Part shown: in pieces, positions 27,480 to 40,443 of the stretch | Layout: every line of letters begins with the position of its first letter | How positions within the stretch are numbered: position 1 is the stretch's first letter | NCBI GenBank assembly: GCA_964016885.1 | Contig: OZ024740.1 | Coordinates: 372,372,001 to 372,436,000 of the forward strand | Direction of reading: 5' to 3' | Length of the DNA: 64,000 bases | Origin: Eledone cirrhosa | Taxonomy: Eukaryota | Made by a program: the position numbers and the translations under genes | The notes under the pieces: model-generated | Told to the model about the DNA's origin: nothing | The model's database searches: none | Seen by the model: only the letters and a program-made list of their open reading frames with translations

Positions 27480-28341
27480 CTACACACATATAAAACACAC
27501 TCATGTATATACACACATACACATACATACCCACACATACGGATTGGACACTACCGTAAACTCTTGGTAGATTTATCTACATATATATATATATATATAA
27601 TATATATATATATAATTTATATATATATAATATATATATATATAATATATATATATATAATATAAATATTTTTGAGCAAGACAGTTTATTTCACGTTGCT
27701 CCTTCTACCTGGAGTTGCGACCGATAGATAGTATTCAATACTTGTTCATTTTGTTAAATGAGTTATCATTATTATTATTTATACTATTATTATTACTTGT
27801 TATCTCATGACCGTTCATAGCAGGAGAAAAAAACTATTTCTGTATACAGAGGGTAAAGACTCCTTCTGTCACGAATGACCATGGATTTGGACGTACAAAG
27901 GCAGAAGTTAGATAAGGTTGTTTGTGAAAGGCCAGCAGTCGCCCATGCATACCGGTCTCCTCCTCTTTCATGTCACTGGTGTTGCAAGTTAAAGACAATC
28001 GCCGATACGGCTTGTCACCAGTGACATCGAAAATCATTTTTACAGCTGAGTAAAGTATCTATAAGATAATTCCGTATTCAATCACATGATCATCCACAAT
28101 CAATGAAGTAACTATCTGAGCCATCCTTTTGTATAAAAGTGAATTAAATTTCCCGATCAATCAAATGCGGGACACATCACGGGACGGTCTCACCTCTTCC
28201 CATGTCACTTAACGTTAAAAATTATTAAACTGGGAAACAGGTTATGTTATTGTAAATAAATCTTCTGAAGTAATTCAATTGCATTTTCAATTCGTTTCCC
28301 TATATTTTTACTCCTCTGGGAAATAAAAATAAATTGATATG

Positions 28342-28388
<47 letters not shown>

Positions 28389-28429
28389 GATATTAACAAA
28401 TGGAAACTATATTTATAAAACCATATTTA

Positions 28430-28490
28430 TTTCATTATACATATTTCAAGGACACCAAGTTAAATTATGGTGTGCTTTCATCAGATAAAA
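28430..28490 (-). ncRNA. minimal hammerhead, family B pLTR
   Basis: Reverse complement: ttttat CTGATGA aagcacacca..tggtgtcctt GAAA tatgta TA atgaaa. Confidence 0.8.
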
Positions 28491-29662
28491 TATAATATAT
28501 CAGTTTTATAAATATATATTGACATACCCTTAAAAAATGCAACCATTACTGTTGGAAGCTCCCGGATAGTGGAGTTGTAGCTTTAATTATATTATTTTTT
28601 AAATAAGCTGTTGGGTTACGGAGAAAGAGAAAGATAAATAAGGAGAGAGAGAAAAAAGAGAGAGAGAAAAAGGGGAGAGAGAGATAGACCAAAATAACAG
28701 AGAGAGAAAGATATATAGAGAGAAAAGAGACAGAGAGAAGGGGAGAGAACGAAAAACTCTAAGTCATAACTTGTTGAGTTAACTTAACAATTGAGATGAA
28801 ATGAATAAATAAAATTAGAAATGTTAATAATCATGAATGGAATATACATATATAATATGAGAAATTAACCATTGTTTAAATATGATTAGATGTTTAGTTA
28901 ATCATTTAAAAATTGAGATCAATATATTAAAAATTGGAATCTATATATTAAGAAATCCATATATTACTAGAGAACTACATATCATATAACACGTATACAC
29001 ACGCAAAAATACATATAAATATATATACACACTTATAAAATACATATACATATCTAACTACGTATATAATATATACACACAAAACATAAAGGATTCTTTA
29101 ATTTAATTGAAGATATAGGAATCTTATAGAATGTTATAATTGTTAAGATATTAAAGGAAATTTTATGTTATACACACTTTATGTTATTAAACAAATTTTT
29201 TTTATATAAGTTTTATAAGATTACCTGTTATGTATTTATGGCTGTTATTATATGTCTATCTGTCACGAATTTTGGGATAATCACTATACATAAGTGCAAT
29301 CAAATTGTATGGATATACACGCATATGCATATACACAATTCCCACATATACATATATATATGTGTACCCTCAACCAATAGGTAGATACGCATCACGTATA
29401 CATACAGACATACATTCATAAAAACGCATAAAACATATGTACATGTATGTCAATACGCACATATACATATATACTCACATATAGAGAGAACTATATATAT
29501 ATACCGTACATAGTATAATTGAGTACATAAAATACAAAAGAATTATATTACAATTTGGAAATATAATTATAAGCAATATAACTTTAAAAACAATACAATT
29601 TTAAAATATTATAGAATATTTTAAGTTATAATTTCAAATAATAGTATGTTTAATAGATTTAG

Positions 29663-30450
29663 AAAACCTTTTTTGGAGGAGGAGATATATGAGCCAAGAT
29701 ACTTGTAATCTTCCACCTGCTTAAGGGTGGTACCATTAAGGGTTCTGATGGGGTAGTTTGGGCTGTTTGCGCATCTGTTCACACACTCAGTCTTGGGTTC
29801 GTTGACTTGCTCTAATGACTTCAAAAGACTCTCAGCATTTTCCAGTGACCGACTGATCAATGCGATGTCGTCAGCAAAGTCGGTGTCGGTCAAGTATTTT
29901 GCTGGGTAGGTGAGCTTCTCCTAGGCTGTAGTTAGTATCCCCTATCCTGAATCCTAGCCACAGACATGCACGCCATATGGACATCTCAACTTACTAACAA
30001 GCTAAAACTGGAAATATTCCAACCAACCATTAAGCCCATATTACTTTATGGATCCGAAACTTGGACACTAACATCACAACTTGAGCAGAGATTGGATGGC
30101 ACATATACCTGCCTCTTAATGAGACTGCAAAACCTATCCTGGAAACGACATCCCACCTTGTCTAAAATCTATGGCAAACTCCCTCGAGCCTCTGCCCTTC
30201 TAAAATCCCCGAGAGCTCAATTTGCTGGCCACTGTCACCGTGCCAGCAATGAAATCATATCCGCTCTCTTGCTCTGGAACCCTGACTCCAGCCTGACTAG
30301 AAGTAGGAAGCTGTCATTCCCTGACGTTATCTCTAGGGATACAGGAATCCGCAGACCGGACCTGGGGGCAGCGATGGGGGACAGAGGATTCTGGGGCATG
30401 AGAGTGAGATACATCATCTCGACAGTAGTCGACGAGTGATGATGATGATG
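29663..30450 (+). mobile_element. RTE-clade LINE, 5'-truncated with 5' inversion, (GAT)n tail, 11-bp TSD
   Basis: Minus segment DFADDIALIS..YKYLGS (29663-~29950); plus segment PILLYGSETWTLT..FAGHC (~29955-30439). TSD aatagatttag at 29652-29662 and 30451-30461. Confidence 0.9.
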
Positions 30451-32109
30451 AATAGATTTAGTATAGAAATTTATTTTACGTATATTTAACTTAAAATTTT
30501 GAAAGGATAAACTTTCGAAAATAGGAGAAGCTATCAGAACAATAAAAAAAAACAATAAAAAAATAAGAAATAAGAAATATTTTCCCCTTTCAAGAGCTCT
30601 CAATATATTTCTCTAGAATAGTTTATTATATTTATATCTATTTTATATTTAGGAAGAACATTTTTTTTACTTGAGTGTATAATCAGTCAAAAAAAGATGA
30701 AGGAATCTAATGATTTATCGACAGGTTCAATATATTAATAACATTAATTAATTAATTATATACTACATTTTAAATTTATATTTATATTTAAACGTCGAGT
30801 TTAATCTATGTCTGCAGCAACTGAATAAATTATTTCTTAAGTTTAGGGAATTTTTGGTCTTTAATATAAAGAATATTTCCTCTATACAAAGATCGCAATT
30901 TTCTGAAGAGGAAAATAATATTCCAAATCAACAAATATTCATCGTTCTTTAGTTTTAGGTCCCATAATAGGCTAGATAGAGAAGTTGAAGATTTTTTGTT
31001 TGGATATGTAAAAGAATTTTTATGATTATTGAAGCGGGATTTAAACTCTGTGGAAGTGGATCCCACATAATTAAATGAATTTAAATTAGTTTTTACATTA
31101 CAATTATATACTACATTTTTAGCTAAGCAATTGTTATTTAACGGACCGTTAGATTTATTTCTCGAGTTACATTTATCAAATTGGATATTGCTTGGGTTAT
31201 TATTGGTATTTTGGTTAGGTTTTAAATTTCTATTATTAATTCTATTAATATTTTGCGCTAAATTTTTGGTGGAAGAATAAGTTAATTTTATAGTATGTCT
31301 ATTAAAAATTGAGTAATATCTATGTGTTCTAGGGAAGCATTTGTCAAGAGCTTTAAAAAATAATTTAGCAATAGGGGTTTTAATATTTAATGAGAAAGGA
31401 GGAGCGAACCATAATATGTTCCTAGTTCTATTTCTTTTTCGGCTTTCGGAGTTAATGTAAGGTTTTCTATTATAGTTGTTAAAATTGTTACCATAGTTAA
31501 AATTGTTACGATTATGGTTAGTTGTTATATTATTATTTTTATTATCGATGTATTTAATTTTATTTCTATACGCAGCTCTATCTAACGCTTCGTTGTAATA
31601 ATGTGCTTTTTCATCAAATATAATCTTATTCGCTGAAATTCTCGGAATTCGTTCATGTACGGAGTTCACTATAGTATTTTTAAATGATTAACTAAACATC
31701 TAATCATATTTAAACAATGGTTAATTTCTCATATTATATATGTATATTCCATTCATGATTATTAACATTTCTAATTTTATTTATTCATTTCATCTCAATT
31801 CTTAAGTTAACTCAACAAGATATGACTTAGAGTTTTTCGTTCTCTCCCTTTCTCTCTGTCTCTTCTCTCTATATTTATCTTTCTCTCTCTGTTATTTTGG
31901 TCTATCTCTCTCTCCCCTTTTCTCTCTCTCTCTCTCTCTCTCTTTTTTCTCTCTCTCCTTATTTATCTTTCTCTTTCTCCGTAACCTAACGGCTTATTTT
32001 AAAAATAATATAATTAAAGCTACAACTCCACTATCCGGGAGCTTCCAACAGTAATGGTTGCATTCTTTAAGGGTATATCAATATTTATTTATAAAACTGG
32101 TATATTATA

Positions 32110-32170
32110 TTTTATCTGATTAAAGCACACCATAATTTAACTTAGTGTCCTTGAAATATGTATAATGAAA
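32110..32170 (+). ncRNA. family B hammerhead, core mutated (CUGAUUA)
   Basis: Same fold as 34563-34623 with a G8>U substitution. Confidence 0.65.
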
Positions 32171-32348
32171 TAAATATGGTTTTATAAATATAGTTTCCAT
32201 TTGTTAATATCGTATTTTACTCCAAATATTTGTTGAGTGCTTTATATCAGTTATAATAATATTTGCTTGTTGTATCCCAACAATTTAAATAGAACTTTTA
32301 CATATATTCTGCTCCTGTATTGTCGAGCGCTTTATATTATAACTGAAA

Positions 32349-33945
32349 ATGGAATTCTTTAAGATCTCTTCTTCTCTAAAAGACATACCTTTACCTAGGA
32401 ATAAAGATGTTATTAAACAATTAATAGAAAAATTACACTCTTTTATAAGAAGAACCAGGTGGCGTGCTTTCCACTTCGATAAATCTAATCTAAATGAAAA
32501 TGTCTCCAATCTGGATAAAATCTTCAAATCTAAAAAAAAATCCCCCCTCCCCCCCCCCAACAAACTACTAATGGATTTTGAAAATGATATAATATCTATC
32601 ATCCAAAGCATCAAATTCAAAAACAACTTCAAAGGCCAGGATTACTTAAGAAATATTAAAAATAATATTGAAAACTTGGAGAAAACGGAGAATATTCTAG
32701 TTAAGTCTGACAAAACCAATAATTTTTATGGAATACAAAAGGACATTTATAACGATCTTATATTAAAGGAATTAAGGAAGAAATACAAAGTAGCAAATAA
32801 AGACGACCTTGAAAAATTGAATACAGATGCCTCTTATATAATGCATGAACTAGGCTTTGAAAATAGGACACAACCCTTCATGCCAAGGAAACAAGGATCA
32901 TAAACGGAACTTCGAAACTGATTTACCAGTTAGATTAATTGCACCATCTAAATCGGACCTTGGCAGACCTAGCAAAAATATTCTAGACAGAATAATACCA
33001 CAAATAAAGAATTTATCTTATTTAAAATTATGGAAAAGAACTAGTGAAGTTATCGATTGGTTTAAAGAAATTAAATATAACTATAATAATAAGTTTATTC
33101 AGTTGGATATTGCTAACTATTACTCATCTATCACTCCTAATCTACTGAATAAGGCACTAACTTACGCATTTAAACATACCGACCTAACTAGCAATGAAAT
33201 GCACATTATATTATCGGTACGGAAAACATTAATATAATTTAATAACCAACTCTGGACTAGGGCAGATAGAAATAATAATTTCAACATAACTATGGGATCA
33301 TCCGATTCCGCTCAGGTAACGGATCTTGTGGGCCTATTTATAATTAATTCTCTACATAGAAAAATACCTGAGATAACCGGAGGTTTATATCGTGACGACA
33401 TGCTTTTACTTATAGAAAATAATAACTGTGAACTAAATAGAAAAAGAAAACAAATTATACAATTTTTTAATTACCTTAATCTAAAAGTAAAAATAGAGAA
33501 TAACCATAAAATAGTTAATTTTCTAGATGTAACACTAAATCTTAACATGTCTTCATTATCCATTTCACGAACTAAATGAGAACTTAAATTACCTCAATTT
33601 TAACTCTATTCACCCCAGATCCGTTAAGAATACTATAGTGAACTCTGTACAAGAACACATTTCGAGAATTTCAGCGAATAAGATTATATTTGATGAAAAA
33701 GCACATTATTACAACGAAGCGTTAGATAGAGCTGGGTATAGAAATAAAATTAAATACATCGATAATAATAATAATATAACAACTAATCATAATCGTAACA
33801 ATTTTAACTATAATAGAAAACCTTACATTAACTCCGAAAGCCGAAAATGAAATAGAACTAGGAACATATTATGGTTCGCTCCTCCTTTCTCATTAAATAT
33901 TAAAACCCCTATTGCTAAACTATTTTTTAAAGCTCTTGACAAATG
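32349..33945 (+). pseudogene. PLE family B reverse transcriptase, frameshifted
   Basis: ORF pieces 32349-32903, 32857-33237, 33292-33579 and 33638-33850 carry consecutive PLE RT motifs. Confidence 0.88.
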
Positions 33946-34562
33946 TATATTATATACGTAGTTAGATATGTATATGCATTTTATAAGTGTGTATATATAC
34001 TTATATGTATTTTATAAGTGTGTATATATATTTATATGTATTTTTGCGTGTGTATACGTGTTATATGATATGTAGTTTTCTAGTAATATATGGATTTCTT
34101 AATATATAGATTCCAATTTTTAATATATTGATCTCAATTTTTAAATGATAAACTAAATATCTAATCATATTTAAACAATGGTTAATTTCTCATATTATAT
34201 ATGTATATTCCATTCATGATTATTAACATTTCTAATTTTATTTATTCATTTCATCTCAATTCTTAAGTTAACTCAACAAGATATGACTTAGAGTTTTTCG
34301 TTCTCTCCCCTTCTCTCTGTCTCTTCTCTCTATCTATATCTTTCTCTCTCTGTTATTTTGGTCTATCTCTCTCTCCCCTTTTTCTCTCTCTCTTTTTTCT
34401 CTCTCTCCTTATTTATCTTTCTCTTTCTCCGTAACCAAACGGCTTATTTTTTAAAATAATATAATTAAAGCTACAACTTCACAATCCGGGAGCTTCCAAC
34501 AGTAATGGTTGCATTTTTTAAGGGTATGTCAATATTTATTTATAAAACTGATCTATATTATA

Positions 34563-34623
34563 TTTTATCTGATGAAAGCACACCATAATTTAACTTGGTG
34601 TCCTTGAAATATGTATAATGAAA
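34563..34623 (+). ncRNA. minimal hammerhead, family B pLTR (intact core)
   Basis: ttttat CTGATGA aagcacacca taatttaact tggtgtcctt GAAA tatgta TA atgaaa. Confidence 0.82.
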
Positions 34624-34755
34624 TAAATATGGTTTTATAAATATAATTTCCATTTGTTAATATCGTATTTTTACTCCAAATATTTGTTGAGTGCTTTATA
34701 TCAGTTATAAAAATATTTGCTTATTGTATCCCAACAATTTAAATAGAACTTTTAC

Positions 34756-34786
<31 letters not shown>

Positions 34787-34787
<1 letters not shown>

Positions 34788-35325
34788 TGCAGCTGCACTA
34801 CTGTAATTCGGATGATTCATTGATTGAGCTAGACGATGGGTGGAGAATGTTGAATTAATCCCAGTGATCATCGTGACGTCTTTTATAGACCCAGCTGCGC
34901 TGATTTCAATCTCTTGTCTAAGGTTAGATTTTTAATATTTCTTATTTATATTTCGCAATATTAAATTTTGAATATTGAATGTTCGACTGTATTACAAATC
35001 AGCTATCATTCACCTTTATATATGTATATATGCCTAAACCTCGTTGGGTATATATGTGCATATACAAGAAACTGGTAGAGTGCTTTGTTTGGCGCGAATT
35101 CCTTTGTTTGAATTCAACCAACAAACCACGAAACGATATCGTCGAGGAGTTGAGATATTTGCTTGTATCTCTACCAAAGCACAACCACCGTATCTGCTAT
35201 TAACTAAATATGTGCACTCTGAACATCTCATTGCAGCTGCATTACTGCAATTGGGCAGGTTCATTGAATGAGCTAGAACTTGGCCGGAGAACGTTGAATT
35301 AACACCAGCGATCTTCGTAAATGTT
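34787..35325 (+). mobile_element. non-coding unit with ~95-bp diverged direct repeats (period 444 bp) and decayed HHR
   Basis: ttgcagctgca.tactg.aatt repeats at 34787 and 35231. HHR-like gtg..ccac GAAA cgatatcg TC at 35080-35143. Confidence 0.5.
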
Positions 35326-37259
35326 ATATATATGGGGAGAGAGGATAGATACAGGTTTAGAATAGACCTAACCTTATACTCTCTAAATTGTTGGATACAT
35401 ACAAATTTTAAAAATACGAATATACAAAAGACAGAAAATTAATCATATTGATTCATATAGAATTCCGCAGAAATTTACCTGATTTAATAACCAAGGAAAG
35501 TTGTTTACCAAAGTTTATACGCTTTGAGACATTTTCGCATTGCGAACCAAATGCAATTCACAATGTATAGTTTATATGTTTACGATGGTAGTATTTACTG
35601 TTTCCAACTTGAGAAAGATTATTGTGAGGAAATAACATTATTTTTGAAATATTATGTCATAGTGATAATTTTAGGATTAACATATATATTTTGCATAATA
35701 ATAGTATGTTTTGAATACCTATGAATTATATAATCTCATTTGTAGATCTAGCAAAGAGTAGAGAAAAATAGGAAAATTCAAAATATCAAATTTTAGATTT
35801 CACTATTTTAGATACAATTTTCTTTCTCGGCTTTTGTGAAGTAACGAACAAAAAATAATCGGGAATGCTTACGTATTTACAGAATGAAGTTAACTTGTTA
35901 CTAGGCAAAAACAAACTTTTGGAAATATAGAAATAGAGCACGGAATAAAAATATTTTACATCTCGATAAAACTAAAATAAAATTAAAATATTTCGCAAAA
36001 TAACTAAAACGGCTCCCGAAGTATTCGATCGACCACAGAAACACAAAAATATAAATAAACAAATCCACGACTACCAGAAGGGAAATAAAACATAAAACTC
36101 GATAAACTATTTACAAAATTGAATATAATAACAAAGAAACAATGTAACTAACTTTAGCAGAGGTGTATTACCGATTACATCAACACCACCCACATTCGCT
36201 AATGGGGACTTATATGGTGACCCAAGAAGAATAAAAGTCAAACACTACCTCACTTTCATTTAAAATCAGTAACTTTGGTCCTGGTAAATGCTCAAAGTAT
36301 CGGCGCTGTGATCTCTCAATTTGGAGAAGTAGCAGCTCTACCTGGAATAACTCTCTGATCTCTGAGCTACACACTCTATCGAGCAACAGAAGCAATAGCA
36401 ACACAACTAACAAGTACAATGTGAACAACGACATCACTAGCACCAGCAACAACAACGAAGGGGAAAAGGACCTAGATAAGACGTGTAGGTTCGAACCTGG
36501 TTACTGGAAGGTGAACATGTCGATTCCGACGTGTAAGGCTTAGAGGGACCAGGTCAACAATTTACTTAAGCAAAGATTGATAGGGGGATGTCAGCAACAA
36601 CAGGTAGTGGGGGCGGGGTCTCTCAAAAGGAAAGATTCGAGTAATTTCGGTAGGGTTAAGCAAAGAAGTAGCGTTAGTGAAAAATAGAACTGAGGGGGAG
36701 TTGGTAGATAAGTTAGACGAGGCTATTTGTAGTAGCGGACCGATCGGCATATCTACAATATGTTACAATAATGTAACAACAAATACTGGGTGATTTAATC
36801 CTTCACTAAATTCAATAATCTTAACAAGAATTATTAATGGGATATCTTTAGTTTTGTAAGCTTTGAGTTAAATATAAATGAAGATTGTTTTTATCTTAGC
36901 TGTTATTTTGTCAGTAAAGCATATTCAAACCAGTTGAGATAAAAATAGGGTAACAAGCAGGCACTTCTCAAGTGTAAGTTGATGGTACCTCCGAACGTCG
37001 CATGTAAATGCATATGTCCTCTTATATTTAATACGTGTTTTCTCTATAGACATTATTTATGTCCTTATATTCTAGACATTTTAAAAATGTCTTCGTATAA
37101 TGTTTCTCCACCCTCTTTTTATACATGCTTCTTATTCATCACACTTTTTCAGCTACGTACCCAAATTACAATAATTTTTGTAATTGTATGCATGATTTAC
37201 AATGTATAAATTGACCATAATGGCTAAATATAGCAAATTATTATTATTAGTATAGTATA

Positions 37260-37467
37260 GTGGTTTGGCTGAACTGTTAGAGAGTTGGACAGAATACTTT
37301 GCAGTATATAGTTTACATTCTTAGTTCAAATACCGCCAGTCTCAGCTTTGATTTTCATCATTTCTGTGTCGATGAAATTAAGTACCATCTAAATACTTGG
37401 TTTTATAGACTTTACTCTTCCCTTAAATTGCTGGCCTTGCGTAAATACTAGAAATAATTATTATTAG
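37260..37467 (+). mobile_element. tRNA-type SINE, diverged (partial minus-strand copy at ~37690-37800)
   Basis: B-box-like gttcaaat, central ctttg..tttcatc..gtcgat.aaa, tail ggccttg...agaaa (att)n. Confidence 0.6.
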
Positions 37468-37593
37468 AATAAGTGAACTAGATAAAAACTCAAAATTTAA
37501 ATACTAGAAATAAAATTAGAAAAAATGATGAAATTCAAAACCGGTATAGATGTTCTAATACAGCTATACATATCTACTATATTTCGCCACGCA

Positions 37594-37626
<33 letters not shown>

Positions 37627-38503
37627 ATATATATATGTATATATAGAGTGTGTGTATTCAAACGGGGTCATTTAAGGTACATTGTATATAATTGTTTCTA
37701 CTTTTGGCACAAGGCCAGCAATTATCATAGTACATTACAGGTACTTTATGTTATCGACATCGTAAGGATGAAAGGCAAAGTTGACCTCGGCGGGGCATCA
37801 TCGACCTGATTCGATAATTAAACTTTGATTTGATCAATATGAATTTGATAAGTAAGGGTCTGAGTATTTCTCCGATATACGTTCCGTTAATATAATTCTC
37901 AGGCCGATTTACCGTGAGATAATAGGCCCTTGCAATTACAGGTACAATCCATCCGAAGGCCTTCACCATACGTTCTGCAATTTCACTCACTAACCTTGTA
38001 TTCCGAGTTGACGCTAATGGAAGTACTTGCTAATTATTCTACGAAAATCATGATAGAGAAGCAAATTTCTTAAACAATGGGTTTTGCATCTGTCACATAT
38101 AATATATACAGCAATATTCTTACATATATAAGATCCTACATGAAATATCTGAACATCAATAATAGATGAAATAGTAACATACACGATGCATATAACAGTG
38201 AGGTTTTTATCTTTAGAAATTGCATACAATAGTCTGAAATATTGCCGTTTTCGACAATGATAGAAGACTGCAAACCTATAATATGGGGTGAAAGTGAACC
38301 GAATGGAGTAGAGAACCTATTTTATTTGCCTCGTAGCGATGGAAGATTAAATTGACCTTGATGTGAACGTACCCAGTAATATAAAAATATTATGAAAAAT
38401 TGCTCCAAACAAGAATATTGTCAGCCCTAAAATAAAGTCTAAAATCAATATTCACAGGTTTAACTGAAGAAATATGCTGGTAATGCAAAATAAAACAGAC
38501 ACA

Positions 38504-38553
<50 letters not shown>

Positions 38554-38575
38554 AATGCACTTACACACATAAATA

Positions 38576-38647
<72 letters not shown>

Positions 38648-38665
38648 CACATATACATACATGTA

Positions 38666-38697
<32 letters not shown>

Positions 38698-38715
38698 CAC
38701 ATCTACATACATGTA

Positions 38716-38792
<77 letters not shown>

Positions 38793-38801
38793 GCATTTAT
38801 G

Positions 38802-38834
<33 letters not shown>

Positions 38835-38994
38835 GTGTGTATGAAAATGCGTAGCTTTGTGGTCAGGGTTTATTATATCAGGGTCATGTGATCGTGAGTT
38901 CGATACTCAGTGTCAGATCCTAAGGCAAGTCATTATACTTCTGCTTCTCCATCTTAACTTGGTTTTGCTTTATTTTGTTTTGCCATGCGTCCCA

Positions 38995-39222
38995 AAACAA
39001 GACAAAACTCAATAAACAAACAAGATGGAGTAGCTGATAAAAACCAGCTCGAAGAGGACGCATAAACTAGAAGAGATTGTAATTCCGGATATCACAGAAT
39101 ATATGACGAAAGAAGTCAGACAAACTAACGAATAACTAGTGTTAATGATGTAGAAAAATCATATGGTGCGTATGTTAATTTTTATTGGCAATATTGGTAA
39201 CATGACCATTCCCAAATATAAC
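38995..39222 (+). mobile_element. diverged family-A-type PLE 3' end
   Basis: caagatgg.gtag, tcacagaat....tgacgaaagaa, ttattggcaat..atgacc..cccaaa.tataac, then (CT)n/(TA)n. Confidence 0.55.
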
Positions 39223-39230
39223 TCTCTCTC

Positions 39231-39308
<78 letters not shown>

Positions 39309-39310
39309 AT

Positions 39311-40380
39311 TATAAGTATGTATACGTACATACATATATGTATACATACGTACAGTAGGATGTATATATATATATATATATATACATACATGCACACATA
39401 TATATGTACGTATGGATTTACCGAACATTTATTATAATGCTCGGTCTGTTTGTAAACAAACATCCCGAATTAAGCCGTACAGTGTCTAGCAAGCATCGTT
39501 GTTCTTTTGTTCGACACTGACAAAGGAACGCTCTACTAGCTTCAAGCTTATTAGCTAACGTCAGCAACGTATACCTTCCTGCCAGATGATTGAACGTCTG
39601 ACAGTATATACTTTCCTTATGCATATTAACGGCTGACCAGCCTAATTTGCATATCGAGTGAGTTAATAAGCCGGGCGCACCGAAAACGATAAACGGAAAA
39701 AATGAAACGAAATTTCATTTCTCACTCTTAGTACGGCTGTTACTTAAATATATGTATGTTTACAAACACACCGAGCATTATGATAAATATTCGGTAAATC
39801 CATACGTTCATATATATATGTGTGCATGTATGTATATATATATACATACTACTGTACGTCTGTATACATATATGTATGTACGTATACATACTTATATTTA
39901 AGTAACAGTCGTACTAAGAGTGAGAAATGAAATTTCGTTTCACTTTTTCCGTTTATCGTTTTCGGTGCGCCCGGCCTATTAACTCACTCGATATGCAAAT
40001 TAGGCTGCTCAGCCGTTAATATGCATAAGGAAAGTATAAACTTTCAGACGTTCAATCATCTGGCAGGAAGGTATACGTTGCTGACGATAGCTAATAAGCT
40101 TGAAACTAGTACAGCGTTCCTTTGTCAGTGTTGAACAAAAGAGCAACGATGGTTGCTAAACACTGTACGGCTTAATTCGGGATGTTTGTTTACAAACACA
40201 CCGAGCATTATAATAAATGTTCGGTAAATCCATACGTACATATATGTATGTGTGTATGTATCTATATATATATACATACTACTGTACGTCTGTATACATA
40301 TATGTATGTACGTATACATACTTATATTTAAGTAACAGCCGTACTAAGAGTGAGAAATTAAATTTCGTTTCTTTTTTTCC

Positions 40381-40385
<5 letters not shown>
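39311..40385 (+). mobile_element. retrozyme-like array: 430-bp non-coding monomer, one inverted unit + ~1.5 tandem units
   Basis: gtttacaaacacaccgagc at 39758 and 40188 (period 430); 39311-39752 is an inverted unit; one HHR per unit; (TA)n flanks. Confidence 0.75.
40075..40117 (+). ncRNA. minimal hammerhead (decayed mirror at 39528-39570, minus)
   Basis: acgttg CTGACGA t agct aata agct t GAAA ctag TA cagcgt; palindromic stem III ACTAGT. Confidence 0.78.
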
Positions 40386-40411
<26 letters not shown>

Positions 40412-40443
40412 ACACCAAAGGTGTTTATATGGCTCGTTGATTA

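Larger units (their letters stand above)
28387..31675 (-). mobile_element. PLE family B, 5'-truncated inverted copy (thumb/linker/GIY-YIG, 3' UTR, pLTR)
   Basis: ORF 30830-31669 reads ILWFAPPFS..CLAKNVVYNC..YVGSTSTEFKSRFNNHKNSF. 28387-29070 is the reverse complement of 33946-34668. Ends in (TA)n; interrupted by an RTE insertion. Confidence 0.85.
31677..34758 (+). mobile_element. PLE family B: pLTR, RT ORF with 3' part deleted, pLTR
   Basis: Direct repeats 31677-32305 / 34139-34758. RT motifs VKSDKT, KDHK..RLIAPSKS, LDIANYYSSI, MGS, GLYRDD, NFLDVTL. Coding sequence jumps to pLTR at ~33945. Confidence 0.88.
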
